From NCBI GenBank assembly GCA_963704195.1, contig CAVPHH010000009.1, positions 296,821 to 360,820 on the forward strand: DNA of 64,000 nucleotides. The letters are read 5' to 3'. Shown in pieces: positions 8,994 through 21,205 of this stretch. This DNA is from an uncultured beta proteobacterium. Its GTDB lineage: Bacteria; Pseudomonadota; Gammaproteobacteria; Burkholderiales; Rhodocyclaceae. Each line of letters begins with the position of its first letter. The stretch's first letter is position 1. Under the pieces are notes generated by a model. That model was given only the letters and a program-made list of their open reading frames with translations. It made no database searches and was not told the DNA's origin. Both the position numbers and the translations under genes were made by a program.

Positions 8994-10820
8994 ATGACAG
9001 GAATGCCTGATCCACACACCCTGGCGGTGATGCTGCTGACCCTGGTGGCGTTCATCCTGTTCGCCTCGGAAAAGGTCTCCATCGAATCCACGGCGCTGTT
9101 CGTGCTGGTGACGCTGGTGATCGGTTTCACGCTTTTTCCCCATTCGTCCTTCAGGCCGGCACAGGCCTTTCACGGTTTCGGCCACGAGGCGCTGGTAGCC
9201 ATCTGCAGCCTGATGATCATGGGGCGCGGCCTGCTCGTGACCGGCGCGCTGGAACCGGTGGCACGGCGCATGGCGGCGCTGTGGTCGAAGCGCCCGCGTC
9301 TGTCGATGCTCCTCATGCTTTGGGGCTGCGCCATGGCGAGCGGCTTCGTCAACGACACCCCCATCGTGGTGGTGATGCTGCCCATCCTCATCGGCATCGC
9401 GTTGCGCACGGGCGCATCGCCCTCGCGCCTGCTCATGCCCATGAACTACGCCGTGCTGGTCGGCGGCATGGGCACCACCATCGGCACCTCGACCAACCTG
9501 CTGGTCGTCTCCATTGCTGCGGACCTCGGCCTGCGCCGCTTCGGGATGCTGGATTTCATCCATGTCTCGGCCATCGCCGCCGTGTTTGGAATTCTTTATT
9601 TGTGGCTGGTGCTGCCGCGATTGCTGCCCGATCACGGCTCGCTCATGCAGGACACCAAGCCGCGGATTTTCGAAGCCTGGCTGCACGTTGACGAAGAGGC
9701 GCTTAAGGAGGGGGCCAGCCTGGCCGAGGTCATCGCCAAGACGGGCCGCAACATGACGGTGCTGGAAGTGCGGCGCGGCGACGACCTGCGCCTGACGCGG
9801 CTGCCGTCCCTCAAGCTCAAGTCAGGCGATCGCCTGCTGGTGCGCGACACGCCGGCCAACCTGAAGGAATTCGAATCGGTGCTCGGTTTCAGCCTGCACG
9901 ATCTAGAAACGGAGAAAGTCGAGGAGAAGGAAGACGAGGAGAAGCATGCCGAACAGCAACTTGCGGAAATCGTCATCACCGAGGCTTCGCCGCTGTTCCT
10001 CAACACGCTGCGCAACCAGCGCTTTGCCGAGCGCTTCGGCCTGATCGTGCTTGGCCTGCGCCGCGCCGGCCAATCCGAATTGAGCAAGGCGGATGACATT
10101 GCCGAAATCCGCCTGCGCCAGGGCGACATGCTGCTGGTGCAGGGCACTGCCGAGGCCCTGCAGCAAGTCAAGCAGGCCGACATCCTCGTGCTCGACGGCA
10201 GCCTGGCGCTGCCGCGCAGCGAGCGGGCGCCGCTGGCCCTGTCCATCATGGCGCTGGTCGTCATTTCGGCCATGACCAAGCTCGTGCCGATCGCAGTGAG
10301 CGCACTGGCCGGTGTCCTCCTCATGCTGGCGACGCGCTGCCTGGATTGGCGCGAGGTCGGCCGCGCGCTCAGCTCGAAGGTGGTGCTGATCGTCGTCAGC
10401 AGCCTGGCGCTCGGCAGCGCGCTCACCGCCACCGGTGGCACCGACCTGCTGGCAAAGGGCTATCTCTCGCTCGTTGGCGGCATGTCGCCAACGGTTGTCC
10501 TTTCGACACTGATGCTTCTGGTTGCGCTATTTACCAACTTCGTCTCGAACAACGCCGCTGCCGCCGTTGGCACGCCGATCGCCGCCAGTATCGCCGCGCA
10601 GCTCGGCGTCTCGCCCGAGCCTTTCGTGCTCGCCGTGCTATTCGGCGCCAACTTCTCCTACGCCACGCCGATGGGCTACCAGACCAACCTGCTGGTGATG
10701 AGCGCCGCGGGCTACCGCTTCTCCGACTTCCTCAAGGGCGGCGTTCCGCTGCTGCTCATCATGTGGGCGGCCTACTCGGTGCTGTTGCCGATTTTTTTCC
10801 CGCTGCAGAAGCTGTCCTGA
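8994..10820 (+). CDS. SLC13/DASS-family permease with TrkA-C domains
   Basis: SGFVNDT, TTIGTSTNLLV, NFVSNNAAA and TPMGYQTN motifs. Confidence 0.85.
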   Translation: MTGMPDPHTLAVMLLTLVAFILFASEKVSIESTALFVLVTLVIGFTLFPHSSFRPAQAFHGFGHEALVAICSLMIMGRGLLVTGALEPVARRMAALWSKRPRLSMLLMLWGCAMASGFVNDTPIVVVMLPILIGIALRTGASPSRLLMPMNYAVLVGGMGTTIGTSTNLLVVSIAADLGLRRFGMLDFIHVSAIAAVFGILYLWLVLPRLLPDHGSLMQDTKPRIFEAWLHVDEEALKEGASLAEVIAKTGRNMTVLEVRRGDDLRLTRLPSLKLKSGDRLLVRDTPANLKEFESVLGFSLHDLETEKVEEKEDEEKHAEQQLAEIVITEASPLFLNTLRNQRFAERFGLIVLGLRRAGQSELSKADDIAEIRLRQGDMLLVQGTAEALQQVKQADILVLDGSLALPRSERAPLALSIMALVVISAMTKLVPIAVSALAGVLLMLATRCLDWREVGRALSSKVVLIVVSSLALGSALTATGGTDLLAKGYLSLVGGMSPTVVLSTLMLLVALFTNFVSNNAAAAVGTPIAASIAAQLGVSPEPFVLAVLFGANFSYATPMGYQTNLLVMSAAGYRFSDFLKGGVPLLLIMWAAYSVLLPIFFPLQKLS

Positions 10821-10834
10821 TGCGCGGAAATGGC

Positions 10835-10862
10835 AAAAGGCCTGCTCAGTCGCAGGCCCTTT
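10835..10862. terminator. Probable bidirectional intrinsic terminator
   Basis: AAAA-GGCCTGC-tcagtc-GCAGGCC-CTTT between the convergent permease and tRNA. Confidence 0.55.
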
Positions 10863-10869
10863 GATTGTA

Positions 10870-10944
10870 TGGTGGGCGGCACAGGGTTCGAACCTGTGAC
10901 CCCTGCCGTGTGAAGGCAGTGCTCTACCGCTGAGCTAGCCGCCC
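10870..10944 (-). tRNA. tRNA-Val (anticodon CAC)
   Basis: Reverse complement GGGCGGCTAGCTCAGCGGTAGAGCACTGCCTTCACACGGCAGGGGTCACAGGTTCGAACCCTGTGCCGCCCACCA: cloverleaf, TTCGAA loop, CCA end. Confidence 0.97.
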
Positions 10945-10958
10945 GATAGAAGGCGCGC

Positions 10959-10987
10959 ATTTTCCCACAGGGGGCGGTTTCGGTCAA
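10959..10987 (-). promoter_or_regulatory. Sigma70-like promoter of tRNA-Val
   Basis: TTGACC-17 bp-GAAAAT followed by the GC-rich discriminator GCGCGCC. Confidence 0.6.
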
Positions 10988-11049
10988 TTTTCGCCGGGCA
11001 TTGACGGTGCATCGCTTAAAATGCCGTCTTTTCCCATGGTGTCCGCAGC

Positions 11050-12438
11050 ATGACCGTCCGTACCCGATTCGCCCCCAGCCCGACCGGCTATCTCCACGTT
11101 GGCGGTGCCCGCACGGCGCTGTATTCATGGGCCTATGCCCGCAAGCATAGCGGCACTTTCATCCTGCGCATCGAGGACACCGACATCGAGCGCTCGACGC
11201 AGGCTTCCATCGACGCCATCCTCGACGGCATGAGTTGGCTGGGCCTCGAGCGCGACGAGGGTCCGTTCTACCAGATGCAGCGCCTGGCGCGCTATGCCGA
11301 GTTGGCGCAGCAGCTTGTCAGGGACGGCCACGCCTACTGGTGCTACGCCAGCAAGGAAGAGTTGGACGCCATGCGCGAGGCGCAGCGCGCGCGCGGCGAA
11401 AAGCCGCGCTACGACGGCCGCTGGCGGCCGGAGAACGCCAAGGGCAGGACGCCGCCCGCGGACGTCAAGCCGATCCTGCGCTTTCGCAATCCGGACGACG
11501 GCGTCGTCGCCTGGGACGACCTGGTGAAGGGGCGCATCGAGATCGCCAACGCGGAGCTGGACGACCTCGTCCTCCTGCGCGCCGACGGCGTGCCGACTTA
11601 CAACTTCGGCGTGGTGGTGGACGACCTGGACATGGCCATCACGCATTGCATTCGCGGCGACGACCACGTGAACAACACGCCGCGCCAGATCAACATCTAT
11701 CGCGCGCTGGGTGCGCCGGTGCCGGCTTTCGCCCATGTGCCGATGATCCTCGGCGCCGACGGCGAGCGCCTCTCCAAGCGTCACGGCGCGGTTTCGGTGA
11801 TGCAGTACGCCGAGGACGGCTATCTGCCCGAGGCGCTGCTCAACTACCTGGCGCGTCTGGGCTGGTCGCATGGCAACGAGGAGGTGTTTTCGCTGGAGCA
11901 GTTCGTCGAATGGTTCGACCTCGAGCACATCAGCCGCTCGCCGGCGCAGTTCAACCCGGAGAAGCTGGCCTGGCTCAACCAGCAGCACCTCAAGGTGCGC
12001 GACGACCGCCTGCTGGCCGGCGAGGTGGCGCCGCGACTGGCCGCGCGGGGAATCGGCGTCGCCGCAGGTCCCGAACTGGCCAAGGTGGCGGCGCTGTACA
12101 AGGACCGCGTGTCCACGCTGAACGAGCTGGCCGACGCGGTGGAGCCGTTCTACGTCGAGGTGTATCCCGGCGCCGAACTGCTGGCCCAGCACGTCACCGA
12201 GGCGGCACGCGATGCGTTGCGCGAATTACGCACGCGGCTTGAGACGACGGTGTGGGAGCGCGCACAGCTCAACCAGGCGCTGAAGGACATCGTTGCCGCG
12301 CGCGGCATCAAGCTGCCGCAGCTGGCGATTCCATTGCGCGTGGTGCTTACCGGCCAGGCGCAGACGCCGGCCATCGATGCCGTGCTGGAGGCCTTCGGCA
12401 GGGATGTCGTGCTGGCGCGGCTAGGGCGCCACATTTAA
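11050..12438 (+). CDS. gltX: Glutamate--tRNA ligase
   Basis: [14 protein letters not shown] (HIGH) and LSKRHG (KMSKS) motifs. Confidence 0.95.
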   Translation: MTVRTRFAPSPTGYLHVGGARTALYSWAYARKHSGTFILRIEDTDIERSTQASIDAILDGMSWLGLERDEGPFYQMQRLARYAELAQQLVRDGHAYWCYASKEELDAMREAQRARGEKPRYDGRWRPENAKGRTPPADVKPILRFRNPDDGVVAWDDLVKGRIEIANAELDDLVLLRADGVPTYNFGVVVDDLDMAITHCIRGDDHVNNTPRQINIYRALGAPVPAFAHVPMILGADGERLSKRHGAVSVMQYAEDGYLPEALLNYLARLGWSHGNEEVFSLEQFVEWFDLEHISRSPAQFNPEKLAWLNQQHLKVRDDRLLAGEVAPRLAARGIGVAAGPELAKVAALYKDRVSTLNELADAVEPFYVEVYPGAELLAQHVTEAARDALRELRTRLETTVWERAQLNQALKDIVAARGIKLPQLAIPLRVVLTGQAQTPAIDAVLEAFGRDVVLARLGRHI

Positions 12439-14265
12439 CCTTGCCGCCGGCGCGAGGCCGGCGGCAAGGTCGCGTTCGAGCGGCAGCGGTTCGCCTTCGA
12501 TGGTGCTGGCGAGCAGTTCCGCCGCCAGCGGCGCATACACCAGGCCGCGCGAGCCGAGGCCGAGCAAGGCATACACCCCATCGCAGCCGTCGGGAAGGGC
12601 GCCGACCAGCGGCAGCCTGTCCGGCCCCACCGTGCGGATGCCGGCGCGCCCCGCCACGCGGGAAGCATCCACGGTGGCGGCGAAATCCGGCAGCAGCAGT
12701 TTCAGCCGTTCCAGGTTGGCGAGATGGTCCTCTTCCCGTGCCACGTCATCCGTGGAGCCTTCCTCGTAGGTGGCGCCGACGACATGCACGCCGAAGGAGG
12801 TCGCCGGCGTGACGTAGCCTTCGCGCGACACCACCACTTTGACCTCACGTCCCGGCTCTGCGGGAATGCAGGTGATCTGGCCGCGCACCGGGCGCAGCGG
12901 CAGCGCGGCTGACACCTTGAAGCGGCGCGCCAGATGGCCGTTGGCGAGGATTGCCACAGGCGCTTCGGCGATGGTTTGCCCCGTCGCGTCGATGGCGCGC
13001 CAGCCATGTGTACCACGCACGAGGTCGGCCACTTCGCGCTGCGTGTGCAGGCGCACGGCGGTGCCGGCCGCGCGCAGGGCCGCGTCGCACAAGCTCGGTG
13101 GATGCACCCAGCCGCCCTGTGGAAACCACCAGCCAGGCGCCGGCACGCGCCAGCCAGCCAGCGTCGAAGCTTCGTCGACATCCACCCAGCGCAGTACCTC
13201 CGGCGGCAGCAGGCCGGACTCGGCGATGCGACGTTGCCGCTCGACCTGCTTCTCGTCGCGCGCCAGGCGCAGCACGCCGCATTGCTGCCAGATGAGTTTC
13301 GGGTCCGAGGAGAATTCCTGAAGTTGGCGCAGGGCGAAATGAAAACCGGCGACGGTCAGGCGCGAGAGGCGGTTGCCGTCGGCGGAGGGCACCGGTTGCA
13401 GCACGCCGGCCGGGTTGCCCGACGTTTCGCGTGCGAGGCCGTCGCGCCGCTCGATGAGGTTGATCGCCCAGCCGCGCGCGGCCAGCCTCTCGGCGACGAG
13501 CGTGCCGGCGATGCCGCCGCCTATGACGAGAGCGCGGCGATCCCTGACGGATTCCGCAGCTTCAGCGCCCGCGAAGCGGCCGGCGAGCATGTCGCGCTTG
13601 CGGCCGAAGCCGGGCTGCTTGCCGACGCTGAATCCCGCCGCCGTCATGCAGCGGCTGACTTTCCCGGCGGCGGTGTAGGTGGCAAAGGTGGCGCCCGGCG
13701 CGGCCAGTCGCGCCAGCTGAGTGAACAGCGCATCGCTCCACATCTGTGGATTCCTCGCCGGCGCGAAGCCGTCGAGGAAGAAGGCATCGACGCGCGCTTC
13801 GACCTGCGCCAGCATCTCCGTCGCCTCGCCCCAGAGCAAAGTCAGGCTGACGCGGCCGCCGTCGAGGTGCAGGCGATGGAAGCCGGCGACGAGCGGCGGG
13901 TAGCGTTCCAGCAGGTCTGCGCCGAGCGGCGCCAGTTCAGGCCAGTGGGGGTACAGGCGTTCAAGGTCTTCGCGGCGGAAAGGGTGCTTGTCGACCGACA
14001 GGTAGTGCAGCCGCGCATCTGGCCGTGCCGTTTCGCGGAAGCTGCGCCAGGCGCAAAGGAAATTCAAGCCGCTGCCGAAACCGGTTTCGAGGATCGTGAA
14101 GCTTTCGCGTGCCTGCCAGCGCGCGGGAAGGTGGTTGCCCGAGAGAAAGACGTGGCGGGCCTCGTCGAGCCCGCCGTCCAGCGACCAGTAGGTGTCGCCG
14201 AAGGTTTCGTTGAAGGCCGCGCCGTCCTTGAAGATGGGCGCGGCAGGCAGGATCGGTTCGGGCAA
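12421..14265 (-). CDS. mnmC: Bifunctional tRNA mnm5s2U methyltransferase/FAD oxidoreductase
   Basis: [33 protein letters not shown] and GGGIAG FAD motif. Confidence 0.92.
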   Translation of the reverse strand: MPEPILPAAPIFKDGAAFNETFGDTYWSLDGGLDEARHVFLSGNHLPARWQARESFTILETGFGSGLNFLCAWRSFRETARPDARLHYLSVDKHPFRREDLERLYPHWPELAPLGADLLERYPPLVAGFHRLHLDGGRVSLTLLWGEATEMLAQVEARVDAFFLDGFAPARNPQMWSDALFTQLARLAAPGATFATYTAAGKVSRCMTAAGFSVGKQPGFGRKRDMLAGRFAGAEAAESVRDRRALVIGGGIAGTLVAERLAARGWAINLIERRDGLARETSGNPAGVLQPVPSADGNRLSRLTVAGFHFALRQLQEFSSDPKLIWQQCGVLRLARDEKQVERQRRIAESGLLPPEVLRWVDVDEASTLAGWRVPAPGWWFPQGGWVHPPSLCDAALRAAGTAVRLHTQREVADLVRGTHGWRAIDATGQTIAEAPVAILANGHLARRFKVSAALPLRPVRGQITCIPAEPGREVKVVVSREGYVTPATSFGVHVVGATYEEGSTDDVAREEDHLANLERLKLLLPDFAATVDASRVAGRAGIRTVGPDRLPLVGALPDGCDGVYALLGLGSRGLVYAPLAAELLASTIEGEPLPLERDLAAGLAPAARLNVAP

Positions 14266-14267
14266 GC

Positions 14268-14945
14268 TTACCGGGCCATGATCACGCCGCTGTCGACCTT
14301 CACCATGTCACCGGGCCGCCAGACGGGCCGGGTGTCGAAGTCGAACTCGCGCGAAGTGCCGTCCTCGAAGCGCACGATGACTTCGTATTTGACGGTCTTC
14401 TTGACATATCTTTCAACCTGGTGCCCGGCGACGGCGCCGCCGACGGTGCCGAGCACGGTTGCGGCCGTCTTGCCGCTTCCCTTGCCGATCTGGCTGCCGA
14501 CCACCGCGCCAGCGACGCCGCCTGCAACGGCGCCGATTCCCGATCCTTTGCCCTTTTGTTCTTTTTCCACCACGGATTCGATGGTGCCGCAGTTCGTGCA
14601 GATTGCAGGGGCGGGCGGGGGGGCGGGTGGTGCAACGACCGGTGCCGCCTGCGGGGCGGGTTCGGGCTTGGATTCAGGTGCCTTGGCGACGGCTTTCGGC
14701 TTGGGCGCAGGCTTCGGCGCGGGAACGGCCTGCTCGGTCTTGGGTGCAACGACGGGTGCAGCTACTGGCGTTGTGGCCGGAGCCGGATCTGCGGCGACGA
14801 CAGGCTCCGCCGGCTTCGCGCTGCTGCCGGCAGTCGGGATCACGCCGAAGATGGCGCCGATGCCGGCGGCCGAGAGCAGGATCACCGCAATTGCGGCGAC
14901 CCAAAGGAGGGGATGCAGTTTGTTGCCGGTGGCTTGAGTATTCAT
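14268..14945 (-). CDS. Glycine-zipper 2TM domain protein
   Basis: GAVAGGVAGAVVGSQIGKGSG...GGAVAGHQVE; Pro/Ala-rich linker; CxxC. Confidence 0.85.
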   Translation of the reverse strand: MNTQATGNKLHPLLWVAAIAVILLSAAGIGAIFGVIPTAGSSAKPAEPVVAADPAPATTPVAAPVVAPKTEQAVPAPKPAPKPKAVAKAPESKPEPAPQAAPVVAPPAPPPAPAICTNCGTIESVVEKEQKGKGSGIGAVAGGVAGAVVGSQIGKGSGKTAATVLGTVGGAVAGHQVERYVKKTVKYEVIVRFEDGTSREFDFDTRPVWRPGDMVKVDSGVIMAR

Positions 14946-14965
14946 GCTGTTCTCCTTTACGGTTC

Positions 14966-15033
14966 GTAGGTAGGGCTTCAGCCCGACAGCAGCAGCTGTT
15001 CAGAGGCTCAAGTCGGCCTGAAGGCCGACCTAC
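14966..15033. repeat. REP doublet, family A (GTAG-GTCGGSCT..AGSCCGAC)
   Basis: GTAGGTAGGGCTTCAGCCCGAC ... GTCGGCCTGAAGGCCGACCTAC. Confidence 0.85.
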
Positions 15034-15086
15034 TTCAGCGGGAATAACGTGCCAGCCGGTCATCGGCTGACGGCTGAAACAAATCC

Positions 15087-16589
15087 TTACACCTCTTTCC
15101 GCAATTGCGGGAAGAGGATCACGTCGCGGATGCTCGGGCTGTCGGTAAGCAGCATCACCAGCCGGTCGATGCCGACGCCGCAGCCGGCGGTCGGTGGCAG
15201 GCCGTATTCCAGCGCACGGATGTAGTCGGCGTCATAGTACATCGCCTCTTCATCGCCGGCTTCCTTGGCCTGAACCTGCTCCTGGAAGCGCGCCGCCTGA
15301 TCCTCCGGATCGTTCAGCTCGGAGAAGCCGTTGGCGATCTCGCGCCCGGCGATGTAGAGCTCGAAGCGCTCCGTGATGTCCGGGTTCTTGTCGCTGCGGC
15401 GGGCGAGCGGGCTGACTTCCGCCGGCCAGTCGACGATATAGGTCGGATCGAACAGCTCGCTCTCGGTGGTCTCCTCGAACAGCGTGAGCTGCAGCGTGCC
15501 CAGGCCCGAGTTCGGCCGCGCTTCGATGCGCAGTTCCTTCAACTTGGCGCGCAGCCAGGCCTCGTCGTTGAGCTGCGCGACGGAAAAACCGGGATGGTGC
15601 TTGTGGATGGCTTCGACGACCGTCATGCGGGCGAATGGCCTGGCGAAATCCAGCGTGCGGCCCTGGTATTCGAAAGTCTCGCCGCCGAGCGCCTCGCGCG
15701 CGGCGTGGCGCAGCAGTCCTTCGGTGAAGTTCATGAGGAGGTTGTAGTCCGAGTAGGCCTCGTAGAACTCCATCATGGTGAATTCGGGATTGTGGCGCGT
15801 CGAGATGCCCTCGTTGCGGAAGTTGCGGTTGATCTCGAACACTTTCTCGAAGCCACCCACCACCAGGCGCTTCAGGTACAGCTCCGGCGCGATGCGCAGG
15901 AACAGCTCCATGTCGAGCGCGTTGTGATGCGTCCTGAAGGGCTTGGCCGAAGCGCCGCCGGGGATGGCGTGCATCATCGGCGTTTCCACTTCGAGGAAGC
16001 CGTGGCCCGTCATGTAACCGCGGATCGACTGCACCAGGCGCGAACGCGCGACGAAGACCCAGCGCGAGCGCTCGTTGGTGATGAGGTCGAGATGGCGCTG
16101 GCGCACCTTCTGCTCTGTGTCGGTGAGGCCGTGGAATTTCTCCGGCAGCGGGCGCAGTGACTTGGTGAGCAGGCGCAGCTCGGAGACGTTTATGGTCAGC
16201 TCGCCGGTCTTTGTCTTGAACAGCGTGCCGCGCGCGCCGACGATGTCGCCGATGTCCCAGTGCTTGAATGCCGAGTGCACCGCCTCGCCCGTGCCGTCGT
16301 TGCTGACGTAGAGCTGGATGCGGCCGGACAGGTCCTGCACGGTGGCGAAGGAGGCTTTGCCCATGACGCGCTTGAGCATGATGCGGCCTGCGACGCAGAC
16401 GTCCACCGGCTGCGCCTCCAGATCCTCGCGGCTCTTCTCGCCGTAGAGCTCGTCGAGTTTCTCGGCGGTATTCTCGCGCAGGAAGTCGTTGGGAAAGGCG
16501 ACGCCCTCGGCGCGCAGCTTCGCCAGTTTCTCGCGGCGCTCGGCGATGATCTGGTTTTCGTCCTGAGGTTGCTGGGTTTGTTCGCTCAT
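15087..16589 (-). CDS. lysS: Lysine--tRNA ligase (class II)
   Basis: [19 protein letters not shown] and GVGIDRL; real start MSEQ at 16589. Confidence 0.95.
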   Translation of the reverse strand: MSEQTQQPQDENQIIAERREKLAKLRAEGVAFPNDFLRENTAEKLDELYGEKSREDLEAQPVDVCVAGRIMLKRVMGKASFATVQDLSGRIQLYVSNDGTGEAVHSAFKHWDIGDIVGARGTLFKTKTGELTINVSELRLLTKSLRPLPEKFHGLTDTEQKVRQRHLDLITNERSRWVFVARSRLVQSIRGYMTGHGFLEVETPMMHAIPGGASAKPFRTHHNALDMELFLRIAPELYLKRLVVGGFEKVFEINRNFRNEGISTRHNPEFTMMEFYEAYSDYNLLMNFTEGLLRHAAREALGGETFEYQGRTLDFARPFARMTVVEAIHKHHPGFSVAQLNDEAWLRAKLKELRIEARPNSGLGTLQLTLFEETTESELFDPTYIVDWPAEVSPLARRSDKNPDITERFELYIAGREIANGFSELNDPEDQAARFQEQVQAKEAGDEEAMYYDADYIRALEYGLPPTAGCGVGIDRLVMLLTDSPSIRDVILFPQLRKEV

Positions 16590-16600
16590 GTCGTTTTTCC

Positions 16601-17705
16601 TTAGACGCCCTGTTTCAGGCTGGCTTCGATGAATTCGTCGAGGTCGCCGTCGAGCACGGCCTGGGTGTTGCCGAATTCCACGTTGGTGCGCAGGTCCTTG
16701 ATGCGCGACTGGTCGAGCACGTAGGAGCGGATCTGGTGGCCCCAGCCGATGTCGGTCTTGGCGTCCTCCACCTGCTGCGCCGCGGCCTGGCGCTTGCGCA
16801 GCTCGGCTTCGTAGAGGCGCGACTTCAGCATGGCCATCGCCTCGGCCTTGTTGCGGTGCTGCGAGCGGTCGTTCTGGCACTGCACGACGATGCCGGACGG
16901 GGCATGCGTGATGCGGATGGCCGACTCGGTCTTGTTGACGTGCTGGCCGCCGGCGCCGGAGGCGCGGAAGGTGTCGATGCGCAGGTCGGCGGGATTGATC
17001 TCGATGTCGATCGAATCATCGACTTCCGGATAGACGAAGACGCTGGCGAACGAGGTGTGGCGCCGCGCGTTGGAGTCGTAGGGCGATTTGCGCACCAGGC
17101 GGTGAATGCCGGTCTCGGTGCGCAGGTGGCCGTAGGCGTATTCGCCCGAGACCTTCAGCGTGGCGGTCTTGATGCCGGCCACCTCGCCCTCGGATTCCTC
17201 CAGCACCTCGACCTGGAAGCCCTTGCGCTCGGTGTAGCGCAGGTACATGCGCAGCAGCATGGAGGCCCAGTCCTGCGCCTCGGTGCCGCCGGCGCCGGCC
17301 TGGATGTCCACGAAGCAGTTGTTGGGGTCGGCAGGATTGGAGAACATGCGGCGGAACTCGAGCGCCGCCACCTGCTTGTCAAGCCCACTGGCGTCGTCTT
17401 CGACGGCGATCAGCGTCTCGTCGTCGTTCTCGCTGCGCGCCATCTCGAACAGCTCGCGCGCGTCGCGCAGGCCCTGGTCGATTTCGCTCAGCGCGACGAC
17501 GACGCCTTCGAGGGATTTTTTCTCGCGGCCCAGTTCCTGGGCACGGGCCGCATCGTTCCAGACAGCCGGGTCTTCGAGGGCCCGGGCGACTTCGTTCAGC
17601 TTCGACTGCTTGGCGTCGAAGTCAAAGATACCTCCGCAGATCCTGCTCGCGCGCGTGCAGGTCCGAGAGGCGGTTGGAGAGGGTGTTGAGGCGTTCGGCT
17701 TCCAT
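16601..17705 (-). CDS. prfB: Peptide chain release factor 2 with programmed +1 frameshift
   Basis: GGQ motif and SPY tripeptide. The short frame MEAERLN...RRYL ends at CGGAGG-TAT-CTT-TGA-C (17621-17636), the canonical RF2 slippery site. Confidence 0.95.
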
Positions 17706-17761
17706 GTCGGGGCAATATCCAAAACGGCAAATTATACAGCAGGGCCAGGCCGCGGCTCCGC

Positions 17762-18088
17762 TCAGCGGCGACTGTCGTCGCGCTCTTCGTCGCGGATCAC
17801 TTCCCCTTCGATGACGCGCCCGCCTGGCTGCGCTTCTCCCCAGGCTTCCCCCGACGGCGCTTCTCCCATGCGCTGCGCTTCCATCTGCTCGCGCATCTGG
17901 CGGCGCACTGCGCGCGTTTTCCACCACAGCCAGCCCCACACCAGCAGCCCGGCGGCGAGCGCGAAGGCGAACACCACGACCGAAAACATCAGCGCCGCAA
18001 CGAGCAGCACGGCGCCGGCCGCGATGCCCAGAATCCTGCCCAGCAGGCTCGGCTCGGGCATGTCCGGCCGCCTGTAGTCGTATCTCAT
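17762..18088 (-). CDS. Hypothetical membrane protein
   Basis: Two hydrophobic segments and a C-terminal GRVIEGEV motif. Confidence 0.65.
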   Translation of the reverse strand: MRYDYRRPDMPEPSLLGRILGIAAGAVLLVAALMFSVVVFAFALAAGLLVWGWLWWKTRAVRRQMREQMEAQRMGEAPSGEAWGEAQPGGRVIEGEVIRDEERDDSRR

Positions 18089-18101
18089 GATTCCCCTTTC
18101 T

Positions 18102-19433
18102 TCATTCTGGATGACGCGGCGGCGAGCCTGGGTCTTTCCCGGCCTCGTCGGGCTCGGCCAGGGGACTGGCCAGTACCTTGTCGACCCGCTTGCCGTCCAG
18201 GTCGACCACTTCGAGCTGCCAGCGTTCCCATTGTGCCTTGTCGCCGGTATGGGGCAGGCGGCCGAGCAGCCACATCATCATGCCGCTCAGCGTGTGGTAG
18301 CGGCCCCTGTCCTCTTCGGGCACGGCGTCGAGGTCGAGGCGGTCCTTCAGTTCGGGCAGGGGGATCAGGCCGTCCAGCAGCCAGGAGCCGTCCTCGCGCT
18401 GCACGGCCCAGGCCTCGTCGGCATTGCGTGGCTGGAATTCGCCGGTGACCGCTTCCAGCACGTCCCGTAGCGTCACCAGGCCCTGGATTTCGCCGTATTC
18501 GTCGATGACGAACACCATGTGCGTGGCGGAGGCGCGGAACTGCTCGAGGAGTTCCATGCCCGTCAGGGATTCCGGCACATATACGCAGGACTGCAACTTG
18601 GCGGCGAGGTCGGGCTGTCTGTTCTGGTGGAGCTGCTTGAAGAGCTGCTTGGTGCCGATGATTCCGAGGATGTCGTGCAGCCCGCCGCGGCAGACGGGAA
18701 AGAGGGAGTGTTCGGATTCGGCGACGCGTTCGAGGTTGGATTCCAGCGGCTGCTCCAGGTCCAGGTAAACGATGTCGGCGCGCGGGATCATGAGCGAGCC
18801 GATCTGGCGGTCGTCCAGGCGGAAGACGTTGCGCACCATGTCGTGTTCCTGCTTCTCGATGACGCCTGCCTCGGAGCCTTCCTCCAGCAGGGCATGGATG
18901 TCCTCCTCCGTGACGGCAGCGGCGCGCGCGCCGTGCTTGCCCATCAAGCGGAGAATGGCGTCCGTCGAGAACGACAGCAAGCGCACGAAGGGGCGCGACA
19001 ACGTGGCCAGCGCCTGGATCGGCCGTGCGACGAGCCGCGCGATGCCCTCGGCATTGATCTGGGCGATGCGCTTGGGCACCAGTTCGCCGATGACGATGGT
19101 TACATAGGTGATCACCACGACTACCAGTGCCGTTGCCCCGGCCTCGCTTATCTGCTGCTCGATGCCGAATGTCTGCAACCAGGCGGCGAAGGGGGCGGCG
19201 AGGACCGACTCGCCGACGATGCCGTTGAGGATGCTGATCGCGGTGATGCCGATCTGGACGGTCGAGAGGAAGCGGGTCGGCTCCTCGCCGAGTTGCATGG
19301 CCACGCTGGCTGCGCCGTCGCCGTCGGCCGCGAGGCGCGCCAGCCGGCTGCGGCGGGCGCTAAGCAGGGCGATCTCCGACATGGCGAAGGCGCCGTTGAG
19401 CAGGATCAGGGCGACCAGGACAAGTGCTTCCAT
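18102..19433 (-). CDS. HlyC/CorC (TlyC) family CNNM-CBS domain protein
   Basis: NGAFAMSEIA, GELVPKRIA, VIDEYG and C-terminal CorC domain. Confidence 0.9.
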   Translation of the reverse strand: MEALVLVALILLNGAFAMSEIALLSARRSRLARLAADGDGAASVAMQLGEEPTRFLSTVQIGITAISILNGIVGESVLAAPFAAWLQTFGIEQQISEAGATALVVVVITYVTIVIGELVPKRIAQINAEGIARLVARPIQALATLSRPFVRLLSFSTDAILRLMGKHGARAAAVTEEDIHALLEEGSEAGVIEKQEHDMVRNVFRLDDRQIGSLMIPRADIVYLDLEQPLESNLERVAESEHSLFPVCRGGLHDILGIIGTKQLFKQLHQNRQPDLAAKLQSCVYVPESLTGMELLEQFRASATHMVFVIDEYGEIQGLVTLRDVLEAVTGEFQPRNADEAWAVQREDGSWLLDGLIPLPELKDRLDLDAVPEEDRGRYHTLSGMMMWLLGRLPHTGDKAQWERWQLEVVDLDGKRVDKVLASPLAEPDEAGKDPGSPPRHPE

Positions 19434-19488
19434 AAGGTTATCCTTTGCAGGGCATGCGTTGCTTGGCGTGATAGCGCCGTTGCGGCAT

Positions 19489-21205
19489 TCAGGCCGGCTC
19501 CAGGTGTTCCAGTACCAATTGCACGTTGCTGGTGCCGTTGAATTCGTTTACTGCCAGGCGGTAGGCGGCGCGCACCTTGTCCGGCGCACCCTCGGCGAAA
19601 TTGAAGCGGATGGCGTCGAAGCGTGCGGCGCCCTTGCGCAGGGTGAGCTTGAGGTGGCGATCCTTCAGTATGCGCTGGCTGTCCACGTCGAAATCATCGC
19701 TGAAGACGGGCGCGGGGAAGCCCTGGCCCCAGATCTCGCCTTCGAGCAGGCGCGCGGATTCGAGCGACATGCGGCCGGCTTCCAGCGGGCCGTCGGTCTC
19801 GATCATGCGGGTGAGATCGGCCGGGTCGATGAGATCGCGCACGGTCTGTTCGAACAGGGCCTCGAAGCGCGCCAGGCTTTCCTCGCGCAAAGTCAGTCCC
19901 GCCGCAGCGGCGTGGCCGCCGAAGCGCAGCAGCAGGCCGGATTCCTGCTTCGATACCAGGTCGAGGGCGTCGCGCAGGTGCAGGCCGCGGATGGAGCGGC
20001 CGGAGCCCTTGAGTTCGCCGTCATTGCCCCTGGCGAAGGCGATCACCGGGCGGTGCAGCTTGTCCTTTACGCGCGAGGCGAGGATGCCGATGACGCCCTG
20101 GTGCCAGGCGGGGTCGTAGAGGGTCAGGCTGGCGCGCTCGGCGGCCTCGATGCCTTCCAGCAGGAGCAGTGCCTGATCCTGCATTTCGCTCTCGATGCTG
20201 CGCCGCTCGCGGTTCAGCTGGTCGAGCTGCTGTGCGATGTTGAGCGCGCGGCCGAGGTCGTCGGTGACGAGGCACTCGATGCCGAGCGCCATGTCGGCCA
20301 GGCGTCCGGCCGCGTTCAGGCGCGGCCCCAGCGCGAAGCCGAGGTCGAAGGTACTGGCCCGCTCGGCCTCGCGCCCGGCGACACGGAAGAGGGCGCGCAG
20401 GCCGGGCTGCATCTTCCCCTGGCGGATGCGCGCCAGGCCCTGCGCGACGAGGATGCGGTTGTTGCGGTCGAGCTTCACCACGTCGGCCACCGTGCCGAGG
20501 GCGACGAGGTCGAGCAGCGCGGCGAGGTTCGGTTCGCTGCCGACGGCGAATGCGCCGCGCTTGCGCAGCTCGGCGCGCAGCGCGAGCATGACGTAAAACA
20601 TGACGCCGACGCCGGCAATGGACTTGCTCGGGAAGCCGCAGCCGGGCTGGTTGGGATTGACGATGCACGCGGCGTCGGGCAGTGCGTCGCCCGGCAGATG
20701 GTGGTCGGTGACGAGGGTGGCGATGCCGAGCCGCTTCGCCTCGGCGACGCCCTCGACGCTGGCGATGCCGTTGTCCACCGTGATGATCACATCGGGCTTC
20801 TGCGCCGCCGCCAGGCGCACGACTTCCGGCGTCAAACCGTAGCCGTAGTCGAAGCGGTTGGGCACCAGGTAGGATACTTTTGCGCCGAAGGCGCGCAGGG
20901 CGCGCACGCCGACGGCGCAGGCGGTGGCGCCGTCGCAGTCGTAATCGGCCACGATGAGCAGTTGACGGCCGGCGGCGATGGCGTCGGCGAGCAGCGTCGC
21001 CGCGTCTCCGGCGCCTTTCAGCAGTAGAGGGATCGAGCAGGGCGGACAGGGCGATGTCGAGCTCGGCCGCCCGCGCAATGCCGCGCGAAGCATACAGGCG
21101 CGCCAGCAGCGGATGCACGCCCTCGAATTCGAGGCGCTGCTGCGCGGCAAGTGGCGTGCGCCGGGTGACGATGATCGAAGGCAATCCCTGCGGGATGGGG
21201 CTCAT
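19489..21205 (-). CDS. recJ: ssDNA exonuclease RecJ; apparent +1 error near 21026
   Basis: DYDCDG, TVDNG, TDHH and GGHAAAAG motifs. The N-terminus MSPIP...LYASRG lies in another frame. Confidence 0.88.

Noticed and set aside
10820-10944. tRNA-Val as an integration site
   Set aside because: No integrase and no duplicated tRNA 3' end seen in the window; the flanks are ordinary genes.
17621-17636. Frameshift in prfB
   Set aside because: Real but well known: the canonical CTT-TGA-C autoregulatory site with an upstream SD-like sequence. Neither novel nor an error.
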